From contig JAJTED010000007.1 in assembly GCA_021300535.1 (NCBI GenBank), forward strand, positions 5,963 to 69,962: a stretch of 64,000 nucleotides of DNA, written 5' to 3'. The notes beneath the pieces were generated by a model that saw nothing but the letters and a program-made list of their open reading frames with translations, searched no databases and had not been told where the DNA came from. Position 1 is the first letter of the stretch, and each line of letters begins with the position of its first letter. Source of the DNA: Planctomycetaceae bacterium. Lineage in GTDB: Bacteria > Planctomycetota > Planctomycetia > Pirellulales > UBA1268. Positions 1-7,990 of the stretch are shown in pieces. Both the position numbers and the translations under genes were made by a program.

Positions 1-181
1 CACCGTTGCCAGCGAAAGTCTTGAAGAACAGGGCGGGATAATGCGATCCTGTCGATGTCATTTGTTTCGGGCGTAACCCGCACATGTCGCTTGCCCCGGC
101 CGACGGAACGGTCGTTTTCGCCATAGGGTTCCCGGGCGTGAGCCGCTGGTATACCTGCATTTCAAAGCCCAAGGTTTTGTT

Positions 182-763
182 ATGCGAGGCCTGAGGCGAG
201 CCTGTGAGCCACTTTTAGCCGAGTATTTGGCAGCTTTTCCCTGCGTGGCCATCATCGGGCCTCGGCAGTGTGGCAAGACCACGCTGGCGGGTTCACTGCC
301 CGCCGATTGGCGCCGGTTTGACCTGGAGCGTGGCAGCGACCGGGATCTCGTGGCCCGCGATCCCGACCTCTTCTTCCGGCTCCATCCACGGCAGGTCGTG
401 ATCGACGAGGCGCAACTGCTGCCCGATCTCTTCGCGGCCCTGCGGGTCGCCATCGATGCCGACCGCGCGCGGCGACATTCGGCAGGTGCATGACTATTGG
501 CTGCGTGGCGGCTACCCCGAGCCGTGGCTCAAGCCGGGGGCCCGGTTTCGGGCCACGTGGATGTCGCAGTACGTCAAGACCTATGTCGAACGCGACGTCG
601 GGCTGGTGCCGATCGAGATAAATATACCCACACGCTCGACCGTCGTCGGCTGGCGGCCCTGCGGGAGTTCGTCGCCGAGCGGGGGGGCCGGTATGGCCTC
701 GTGATCACCAACGACAGCGAGCCGCGACTCCTCGACGAGGCGATCCCGTTCTCGCACCTCTGA
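182..763 (+). pseudogene. Remnant of an AAA+ ATPase of the AAA_14/DUF4143 type (fragmented, internally deleted)
   Basis: Three collinear fragments in two frames. 182-~470 has Walker A 'GPRQCGKTT' and 'VVIDEAQ'. 456-~610 (other frame) has 'WLRGGYPEP' and 'YVKTYVERDVG'. ~640-763 (first frame again) has a C-terminal 'LREFVAERGGRYGLVITND'. Together this is about half the ~390-400 aa expected. The segments normally between the fragments are absent. Confidence 0.7.
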
Positions 764-818
764 TTCGCCGGGGGCGCATACCCAGCGAACGTCCGGTTCG
801 AAGTGGGCAGGCTCATCC

Positions 819-1185
819 GGCATGGACGGCGGGGTGGTTTTCGTGCCCGGTGTCCCCGGGTTTCCACCCGGGGCTTTTTGGGTTCAGCACGCCTCTCGCA
901 CAAGAAGCCCCCGGCGGAAGCCGGGGAGAATGATGCAGGCGAACCTGCGGCATCGTGCCGCAGTTCGCTTGGCGGGCCTCCGCCCGCTCACGAAAACCCA
1001 GCCCCTCCGGGCCTGGCGTTCACACAAAAAAAGCCCCCGGCGGAAGCCGGGGGACTCCGGGTGGCATGCCTTCCCTGGTGCCATGCTGTGTGGGTTTGAA
1101 CCGCAGAATTGCGTGCCGTCGTGCGGCATGGATGGCGGGCTGTTATTTACGCCCGGTGTCCCCGGGCACCCGCCCGGGGCTTGCT
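819..1185 (-). repeat. Hairpin-capped fold-back repeat family, locus 1 (orientation opposite to the reference unit at 16929)
   Basis: Half copy 819-884 ends in hairpin CCCCGGGT-ttcc-ACCCGGGG (854-873) followed by CTTTTT. A degenerate copy starts at 901 (hairpin 908-926). A full copy spans 1026-1185, with hairpins CCCCCGGC-ggaa-GCCGGGGG (1034-1053) and CCCCGGGC-accc-GCCCGGGG (1160-1179). The locus lies between the convergent 3' ends of the ATPase remnant and leuA. Confidence 0.9.
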
Positions 1186-1228
1186 GGAATGGTGACGGGA
1201 CGGCTTGCAGCAGCCGCTCGCGTGTCGC

Positions 1229-2773
1229 TCAGCCCGTCTGCGGATGGAGGCGGGGCGTGCCCCCGAGGGCGAGGCGGTTGACCGCCGCGAGGAAGGCCTT
1301 GGCCGCCGCCTCGAGCGAGTCGGTGGAGACGCCGCGGCCGCGCTGCTGCTGGCCGGCGTGCTCGAGCTCCACCGTGACCTCGGCCTGCGCGTCCTTGCCC
1401 ACGGTCACCGCCTGCACGCGGAAGTCGCGGCACACCGTCGTCACCCCCGTGAGCTTCTCGATCGCCAGGAAGATCCCGTCGATCGGGCCGTCGCCCGCCG
1501 TGATCGTCACCGTCTGCGGCACGCCGTTTTGCAGGACCCGCAGGGTGACGGTGGGGGCGGCCCCGGACGCGCTGGTGACCGTGTAGCCCTCGAAGGTGAA
1601 CTGCTCGGGCAGGGCCGCGAACTGCTGCTCGCAGAGGGCGGCGATGTCGCCGTCGTAGATCTCTTTCTTGCGGTCGGCGAGCAGCTTGAACCGCTCGAAC
1701 ACGGTCTGCAGCTGCTCCACCGTGAGCTGGTAGCCGAGGGCCTTGGCCCGGTCGGCGAGCGCCGCCCGGCCGCTGTGCTTGCCGAGCACGAGGTCGGTCC
1801 GCTCCAGGCCCACGTCCTCGGGCCGCATGATCTCGTAGGTCCGCCGCTCCTTGAGCATGCCGTCCTGATGGATGCCGGCCTCGTGGGCGAAGGCGTTGCG
1901 GCCCACGATCGCCTTGTTGCGGGGCACCTGGATGCCGGTCACGTTGGCGACCAGCCGGCTCGTGGGCACGAGCTTCTGCGTCACGATCCGGGTGTCGACG
2001 CCGTAGTAGTCGCCGCGGGTCTTGAGCGCCATCACCACCTCCTCGAGCGAGCAGTTGCCCGCCCGCTCGCCGATCCCGTTGATCGTGCATTCCACCTGGC
2101 CGGCCCCCGCCTCGACGGCGGCCAGGCTGTTGGCCACGGCGAGGCCGAGGTCGTCGTGGCAGTGCACGCTGATCACGGCCCGGTCGATGTTCGGCACGCG
2201 GTCGCGGAGGCTCTTGATCACGTGGTGCATCTGGCTGGGCGTGGCGTAGCCCACGGTGTCGGGGATGTTGACCGTCGTCGCCCCGGCGGCGATCACCGCC
2301 TCGACGACGCGGCACAGGAAGTCGATCTCCGTGCGGGCCGCGTCCTCGGGGGAAAACTCGATGTCGTCACAGTGGTTGCGGGCCCGGGTCACGCCCGCCA
2401 CGGCGCGGGCGAGCACCTCCTCCTCGTTCATCCGCAGCTTGAACTCGCGGTGGATGGAGCTGGTGGCGAGGAACACGTGGATCCGCGGCTGCCGGGCATG
2501 CCGCAGGGCCTCCCAGGCGCGGTCGATGTCGGCATCGCTGCAGCGGGCCAGGCCGCACACGGTGGCACCGGAGACGGCGGCCGCGATGTCGCGGACGCTC
2601 TCGAAGTCGCCCGGCGAGGCGATCGGGAAGCCCGCCTCGATCACGTCCACGCCCAGGGCCACCAGCGCCTGGGCGATCTCCATCTTCTCGGTGAGATTCA
2701 TGCTCGCGCCGGGCGACTGCTCGCCGTCGCGGAGCGTGGTGTCGAAGATGCGGACGGATCGGGAAGGCGTCAT
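1229..2773 (-). CDS. leuA: 2-isopropylmalate synthase
   Basis: ORF 1229-2848. 'RIFDTTLRDGEQSPGASM' and 'HCHDDLGLAVANSLAA' are LeuA/HMGL-like signatures, and the C-terminal regulatory (LeuA dimer) region is present. Start moved to ATG 2773 (MTPSRSVRIFDTTLRDGEQ), giving 514 aa. Confidence 0.95.
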   Translation of the reverse strand: MTPSRSVRIFDTTLRDGEQSPGASMNLTEKMEIAQALVALGVDVIEAGFPIASPGDFESVRDIAAAVSGATVCGLARCSDADIDRAWEALRHARQPRIHVFLATSSIHREFKLRMNEEEVLARAVAGVTRARNHCDDIEFSPEDAARTEIDFLCRVVEAVIAAGATTVNIPDTVGYATPSQMHHVIKSLRDRVPNIDRAVISVHCHDDLGLAVANSLAAVEAGAGQVECTINGIGERAGNCSLEEVVMALKTRGDYYGVDTRIVTQKLVPTSRLVANVTGIQVPRNKAIVGRNAFAHEAGIHQDGMLKERRTYEIMRPEDVGLERTDLVLGKHSGRAALADRAKALGYQLTVEQLQTVFERFKLLADRKKEIYDGDIAALCEQQFAALPEQFTFEGYTVTSASGAAPTVTLRVLQNGVPQTVTITAGDGPIDGIFLAIEKLTGVTTVCRDFRVQAVTVGKDAQAEVTVELEHAGQQQRGRGVSTDSLEAAAKAFLAAVNRLALGGTPRLHPQTG

Positions 2774-2983
2774 GGCGTCGGGCCGCAGGCAAACTCGGGG
2801 GGTGGCGGTCGATCGGCCGCGGGCCGGATCGAGGGTGAAATCGGGCAAGTCCGCATCCTACACGCCGCGCCAGCCGCAGGCATCCCGGCCGTGACTCCCC
2901 CGCGGGATTCGGGTTTTCATAGAATCGGGCGGTGGTGTTGCCCCAGGTGGTCGGCACGGGCCGGTCGTGCCGGAGGAGCGCGG

Positions 2984-4561
2984 ATGGTTTCGGAAACGCG
3001 TGACGATTCACAGGTGCAGGCTGCCGCCAGGGCGGAGGTCCACGGGCACCAGCAGCCGCGCGGCTCCGGCCGGGGGCGGCTGCACCGCGGCCTCACCGGG
3101 GTGGCCGTGTTGGCGGCCGGGGCGGCGGCGTGGTGGTGGCTCGCGACCCATCATCTTGGGGATGGCGGACATGCCGACGTCGCCCCGCCCGCGACCGCCG
3201 CGCCGACGGCCGATCTCGTCACCCTGCCGGCGGGCGATGCGGCCGCGCGGATCACGCTGGTGACGGCCGAACGGCGCCGGCTACGGGATCACCTCACCGT
3301 GCCGGGCCGCCTCGACTACGACGCCCGGTATCGCCTCGACTATGAGTCGCCCGTGGACGGCATCGTGTCCCGCGTCTTCGCCAAGGTGCGGCAACGCGTC
3401 GCCAAGGGGGAGTCGCTCGCCGAGGTGTCGAGCCCCGCCGTGGGCACCGCGCGGGACGATGTTCGCAAGCGGGAAGACGACCGCCAGATCGAGCGCAAGG
3501 CCGCCGAGTGGGAGGCCACGATCGCCACCAACGTCGCGGCGCTGCTGGCGGCTCTCGAAAGCCATCCGCCCCTCGCGGAGATCGAGACGCAGTTCAAGGA
3601 CCGCGTCCTCGGCAACTACCGCGAGACGATTCTCGGGGCGTACTCGCGGCTCCTGTATGTGGAGAAGGTCGATGCCGGCACCCGGCAGCTGGGGACGGGG
3701 GGCGTGCTCTCCGGCCGGATCGTGGACGAGCGGACCAGCAATCTGGAGGTCGCGAAGGCGAGCTTCACCGCCACCTGCGAGGAGGCGCTGTTTCAAACCC
3801 GCCAGAACCGCGACAAGGCCCGGGCCCGGCTCGACCAGGCCGAGCGGCTCGTGCAGGTGGCCCGCGAGCATTTGCGGACGCTCGTCGGCAGCAAGCTCGA
3901 GGCCGACGTCGGCGGCCAGGGGGCGGCGGATGGCGTGGCCGACGTCGAGGCGCAGGGCGATGCCGGAACCTTGAGCACGCTCGTCCTGCGGACGCCGTTC
4001 GCGGGCATCGTGGAGGACGTGTTCGTGGCCCGGGGCGAGCGGGTCCAGGCGGGCGACCGCCTGTTCGTCGTGGCCGACACGGCCACGCTCTGGGTGCGGG
4101 CCCAGATTCACGAGCGGCAGTGGACGACGGTCGAGGTGGAGGAGGGGCAGAAGGTGGCCGTCAACGTGCCCGGGTCGGCCGAGCACAATACGACGGCCCG
4201 GATCAACCACGTGGGCGCGACGGTCGAAGCCGAGTCGCGGAGCGTGCCCCTCGTGGCCGAATTGGAGAACGACGACGCCCACTACAAGCCGGGGATGTTC
4301 GTGTGGGTCGACCTGCCGCAGGGGCAGGAGCGGGAGGGGCTGGCGGTGCCAGCGGCGGCCGTGATGCGGCACGCCGGCCAGGCGTTCGTGTTCGTGCCCG
4401 CCGGTGTCGGCCGCTACCGCCGCGTCGACGTCGTCGTCGGCGAGGGCGCCGAGGGCTACGTGGAAGTGAAGTCCGGCCTCGAGGCGGGGCAGCAGGTGGT
4501 GGCCGAAGGCGCGTTCCTCCTCAAGAGCGAACTGCTCCTCGAGCAGGAAGCGTCCGGTTGA
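2984..4561 (+). CDS. Efflux RND transporter periplasmic adaptor (membrane fusion protein)
   Basis: C-terminal 525 aa of ORF 1205-4561; the upstream part of that ORF is antisense to leuA. It has one N-terminal TM segment (GVAVLAAGAAAWWWLA) and a long helical/coiled-coil middle. The lipoyl/beta-barrel region reads 'VLRTPFAGIVEDVFVARGERVQAGDRLFVVAD'. The gene ends 19 nt before the RND pump gene. Confidence 0.85.
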   Translation: MVSETRDDSQVQAAARAEVHGHQQPRGSGRGRLHRGLTGVAVLAAGAAAWWWLATHHLGDGGHADVAPPATAAPTADLVTLPAGDAAARITLVTAERRRLRDHLTVPGRLDYDARYRLDYESPVDGIVSRVFAKVRQRVAKGESLAEVSSPAVGTARDDVRKREDDRQIERKAAEWEATIATNVAALLAALESHPPLAEIETQFKDRVLGNYRETILGAYSRLLYVEKVDAGTRQLGTGGVLSGRIVDERTSNLEVAKASFTATCEEALFQTRQNRDKARARLDQAERLVQVAREHLRTLVGSKLEADVGGQGAADGVADVEAQGDAGTLSTLVLRTPFAGIVEDVFVARGERVQAGDRLFVVADTATLWVRAQIHERQWTTVEVEEGQKVAVNVPGSAEHNTTARINHVGATVEAESRSVPLVAELENDDAHYKPGMFVWVDLPQGQEREGLAVPAAAVMRHAGQAFVFVPAGVGRYRRVDVVVGEGAEGYVEVKSGLEAGQQVVAEGAFLLKSELLLEQEASG

Positions 4562-4580
4562 CCGGCGGGAAGGGGGCGCG

Positions 4581-7500
4581 GTGCTGACAGGTGTCATCGA
4601 ATGGTCGCTTGGCAACCGGGCGTTGGTGGTCGCGCTGTTCGTGCTCATGGCCGTGGGCGGCCTCTACGCCGCCACGCAGATCCCCGTCGACGCCGTGCCC
4701 GACCTGGTGAACGTTCAGGTGCAGGTGGTCACCGAGGCGGGCTCGCTGCCGCCGCTCGAGGTGGAGCGGTCCGTGACCTATCCCGTCGAGATGGCGATGA
4801 GCGGCCTGCCCGACGTCGAGGAGATGCGGAGCGTCTCCCGGCTGGGCATCTCGCTGGTCACGATCGTGTTCCGCGAGGGCACCGACATCTACCTGGCCCG
4901 GCAACTGGTCGCCGAGCGGCTGCCGGCGGCCCGGGCGGGCATGACGCTCGCCGCCGCCGACCCGCAACTCGGCAGCTTGAGCACGGCCCTCGGCGAGATC
5001 CTGCAGTTCGAGGTCCGCGGGCCGGGCCGCAGTCTCATGGACCTGCGCAGCATCCTCGAATGGGACATCGCCCCGGTGATGCGCAAGGTGCCCGGGGTGA
5101 CCGACATCAACGCCCACGGCGGGCACGCCAAGAGCTACGAGGTGCAGGTCGATCCCGACCGACTGGCGTCGCACGGGATCGCGCTCGGCGAACTGCTGGC
5201 CGCCCTGGAGCGGAACAACTCCAGCACCGGCGGTGGCTACATCGTCAAGAACGGCGAGCAGCGGTTCATCCGCGGCGAGGCGCTGCTCAAGTCCGTGGCT
5301 GACATCGAGAAGGTGGTCGTCCGCAGCCCCGCCGGCGGCGTGCCGGTGCTCGTCCGCGACGTCGGCACGGTGAGCGTGGCGCCGCTGGTCCGGCAGGGCG
5401 CCGCCACCCGGGACGGCCGCGGCGAAATCGTGACCGGGATGGTGATGATGGTCCGCGGTCAGAACAGCCGGCGGGTCGTGGCGGCCGCCAAGGAGCAGCT
5501 GGCGGCCATCCGCGGCACGCTCCCGCCCGGCGTGGAGCTGGAAATCATCTACGACCGCTCGGAGCTCATCGCCCGCACGCTCGACACGGTGCTGCACAAC
5601 CTCGCCGAGGGCGGCCTGCTGGTGATCGGCGTGCTGCTGCTGCTCCTGGGCAACGTGCGGGCCGGCCTGATCGTCGCCCTGGCGATCCCGCTCTCGATGC
5701 TCTGCGCCGCGAACCTGATGTGGGCTGTCGGCATCCCGGCGAGCCTGATGAGCCTGGGGGCGATCGATTTCGGGCTCGTCGTCGACAGCTCGGTGATCAT
5801 GGTGGAGAACTGCGTGCGCCGGCTGGGCCTCGCACCGCCTGGGGCCGCGAAGCTCGCGGTCGTCCGCGACGCCGCGGTGGAGGTCCGTGGGCCGACGATG
5901 TTCGGTGAGCTGATCATCGCCATCGTCTACCTGCCGATCCTGTTTCTGGAGGGCACCGAGGGGAAGCTGTTCCGGCCGATGGCGCTGACGGTGCTGTTCG
6001 CGCTGGCGGGATCGCTCGTCATCTCCCTGACGCTCATGCCCGTGCTGGCGGCCACCGTGCTCGGCCGCGAGGAGGAGCACGAGCCGCTGGTGATGCGGGC
6101 CTTCCACCGCCTGTATCGCCCGCTGGCCCGGTTCGCGGTCCATCATCCGCTGGTCATCTCGCTGGCGGCCGCCGGGCTCGTGGCGGCGAGCGTGCCCGTG
6201 GCGCTGCGGCTGGGGGCGGAGTTCATGCCGCGGCTCGACGAAGGGGACATTCTCATCGAGGTCACGCGGTTGCCGACCGCCACGCTCGAGGACGCCGTTC
6301 CCATGGGAACGCGGATCGAGCGGCTGCTGGGCGAGTTTCCGGAGGTGCGGACGGTGTTCTGCAAGACGGGCCGGCCGGAGATCGCCAACGACATCATGGG
6401 CGTGCAGCAGACCGACGTCTGGGTGCTGCTCCGGCCGCGCGGACAGTGGCCGCGGGAGGTGTCACGGGACGAGCTCGTGGAGCGGATGTCGACGGCGCTG
6501 GCGGCGTCCGTTCCCGGCGCCACGTTCGGATTCAGCCAGCCGATTGAGATGCGGGTCGACGAGCTGGTGGCCGGCGTGAAGGCCGACGTGGCGGTGCTGG
6601 TCTACGGGGACGATCTGGCGACGCTTGGCGACCTCGGCAAGCGGATCGAGGGCGTGCTGCGCGGCATCCCCGGCGCGGCCGACGTGCGGGCCGACTGGCA
6701 GGCCGACGTGCCCACGCTGCAGGTGGACGCCCGCCAGGACCAGCTCGCCCGGCACGGCATCGACGGTGCCGACGTCATGCAGACGGTGGCCGCGCTCGGC
6801 GGGATCCAGGTCGGCGTGATCTACGAGGGCCGGCCGCGGTTCCCGCTGATGGTGCGGTTTCCCCGGGCGTGGCGCGAGAACGAGGGCCTCGTGCCGCAGA
6901 TTCCGGTCGAGGCGGCGGGCGGCCGTCCCGTGCCGTTGGGCGAGCTGGCCGACGTCCGGGTGGACGAGAGCCCGCCGTCGATCGAGCACGAGAACTCGCG
7001 GCGGCGGACGTTCGTGTCGGCCAACGTCCGCGGCCGTGACGTGGCGAGTTTCGTGAAGGAAGCCCGGGCGCGGATCGCCACCGAGGTGCCGCTGCCGCCG
7101 GGCTACGCCCTCGGCTGGGGCGGCGATTTCGAGAACCTGCTGTCGGCGAGCCGCCGGCTGGCGCTGATCACGCCGCTCGTGCTCGGCCTGATCGCCCTGC
7201 TCCTCTACGCGAGCTTCAAGTCGCTGCGGCTGGCAACGCTGATCTTCGTGGCCGTGCCCGTGGCGGCCTCCGGCGGCGTGGCGGCCCTGGCCCTGCGGGG
7301 CATGCCCTTTTCCATCGCGGCCGGCGTCGGGTTCGTGGCCCTGTTCGGCGTGGCGGTGCTCAACGGGCTGGTGTGGGTGGCCGGCGCCGAGCACGCCCGG
7401 GAGTCGGGGCTCGGCCCCCGGGAGGCGGCGCTTGCCACGGCCGACGTGCGGATCCGGCCGGTCCTGATGACGGCGCTCGTCGCCGCGCTCGGCTTCCTGC

Positions 7501-7658
7501 CGATGGCGCTGGCGTCCAGCGCCGGGGCAGAAATCCAGCGGCCGCTGGCGACCGTGGTGATCGGCGGCATCGTGACGAGTACGCTGTTGACGGCGTTCGT
7601 GGTGCCGGCGATCTACCCCTGGTTCGCCCCGCGGACGCGGACCGCCACCCCGCACTGA
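4581..7658 (+). CDS. CzcA/CusA-family heavy-metal-efflux (HME) RND transporter
   Basis: 1025 aa starting at GTG, with typical RND 12-TM layout and two large periplasmic loops. N-terminus 'IEWSLGNRALVVALFVLMAVGG'. The TM4 motif 'AIDFGLVVDSSVIMVEN' resembles the HME 'DFG-D-x-x-VEN' signature. Substrate not assignable. Confidence 0.9.
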   Translation: MLTGVIEWSLGNRALVVALFVLMAVGGLYAATQIPVDAVPDLVNVQVQVVTEAGSLPPLEVERSVTYPVEMAMSGLPDVEEMRSVSRLGISLVTIVFREGTDIYLARQLVAERLPAARAGMTLAAADPQLGSLSTALGEILQFEVRGPGRSLMDLRSILEWDIAPVMRKVPGVTDINAHGGHAKSYEVQVDPDRLASHGIALGELLAALERNNSSTGGGYIVKNGEQRFIRGEALLKSVADIEKVVVRSPAGGVPVLVRDVGTVSVAPLVRQGAATRDGRGEIVTGMVMMVRGQNSRRVVAAAKEQLAAIRGTLPPGVELEIIYDRSELIARTLDTVLHNLAEGGLLVIGVLLLLLGNVRAGLIVALAIPLSMLCAANLMWAVGIPASLMSLGAIDFGLVVDSSVIMVENCVRRLGLAPPGAAKLAVVRDAAVEVRGPTMFGELIIAIVYLPILFLEGTEGKLFRPMALTVLFALAGSLVISLTLMPVLAATVLGREEEHEPLVMRAFHRLYRPLARFAVHHPLVISLAAAGLVAASVPVALRLGAEFMPRLDEGDILIEVTRLPTATLEDAVPMGTRIERLLGEFPEVRTVFCKTGRPEIANDIMGVQQTDVWVLLRPRGQWPREVSRDELVERMSTALAASVPGATFGFSQPIEMRVDELVAGVKADVAVLVYGDDLATLGDLGKRIEGVLRGIPGAADVRADWQADVPTLQVDARQDQLARHGIDGADVMQTVAALGGIQVGVIYEGRPRFPLMVRFPRAWRENEGLVPQIPVEAAGGRPVPLGELADVRVDESPPSIEHENSRRRTFVSANVRGRDVASFVKEARARIATEVPLPPGYALGWGGDFENLLSASRRLALITPLVLGLIALLLYASFKSLRLATLIFVAVPVAASGGVAALALRGMPFSIAAGVGFVALFGVAVLNGLVWVAGAEHARESGLGPREAALATADVRIRPVLMTALVAALGFLPMALASSAGAEIQRPLATVVIGGIVTSTLLTAFVVPAIYPWFAPRTRTATPH

Positions 7659-7690
7659 GGCCGACGACCGGCCCGAAGGCTCTCCCGCCG

Positions 7691-7990
7691 ATGACGCTCC
7701 GCGAGTTTCAGACGCTGATCCGCACCATGTATCACGACAAGGACGCGGCCCGCGGCGTCGAGGGCACGTTCATGTGGCTGACCGAGGAGATCGGCGAGCT
7801 GGCGACCGCGCTGCGCAGCGGCACCCACGAGGAGCGGGCCCTGGAGTTCGCGGATGTGCTGGCCTGGCTGGCGACGATCGCCAATGTCGTGGACGTCGAT
7901 CTGGAGGAAGCGGTCGGCCGCAAGTACGGCACCGGCTGCCCCGGCTGCGGCCGCTTCGCCTGCACCTGCCCCGACGCGGAGAAGCCGTGA
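7691..7990 (+). CDS. MazG-like nucleotide pyrophosphohydrolase domain protein
   Basis: 100 aa (C-terminal part of ORF 7373-7990). Contains 'WLTEEIGELATAL...ALEFADVLAWLATIAN', the all-alpha NTP-PPase motif pair. C-terminal Cys cluster 'CPGCGRFACTCP'. Its stop codon shares one base with the next gene's ATG. Confidence 0.75.
   Translation: MTLREFQTLIRTMYHDKDAARGVEGTFMWLTEEIGELATALRSGTHEERALEFADVLAWLATIANVVDVDLEEAVGRKYGTGCPGCGRFACTCPDAEKP

Noticed and set aside
795-802. 'ggttcgaa' resembling a tRNA T-arm
   Set aside because: The flanking sequence (760-830) has no complementary T-stem, acceptor stem or anticodon arm. No cloverleaf can be drawn.
2774-2983. Possible leader/attenuator or sigma70 promoter ('tagaat' at 2920-2925) in the leuA / RND-adaptor divergent region
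   Set aside because: No acceptable -35 lies at 16-18 nt spacing, and I could not trace a leader peptide or a convincing alternative-hairpin structure. There is too little support to report a feature.
1205-4561. 1118-aa ORF that looks like one very large gene
   Set aside because: Its first ~590 codons are the antisense strand of leuA, with Arg/Gly/His-rich junk composition. Only the part from ATG 2984 has membrane-fusion-protein features. Long open antisense frames are expected at this GC content.
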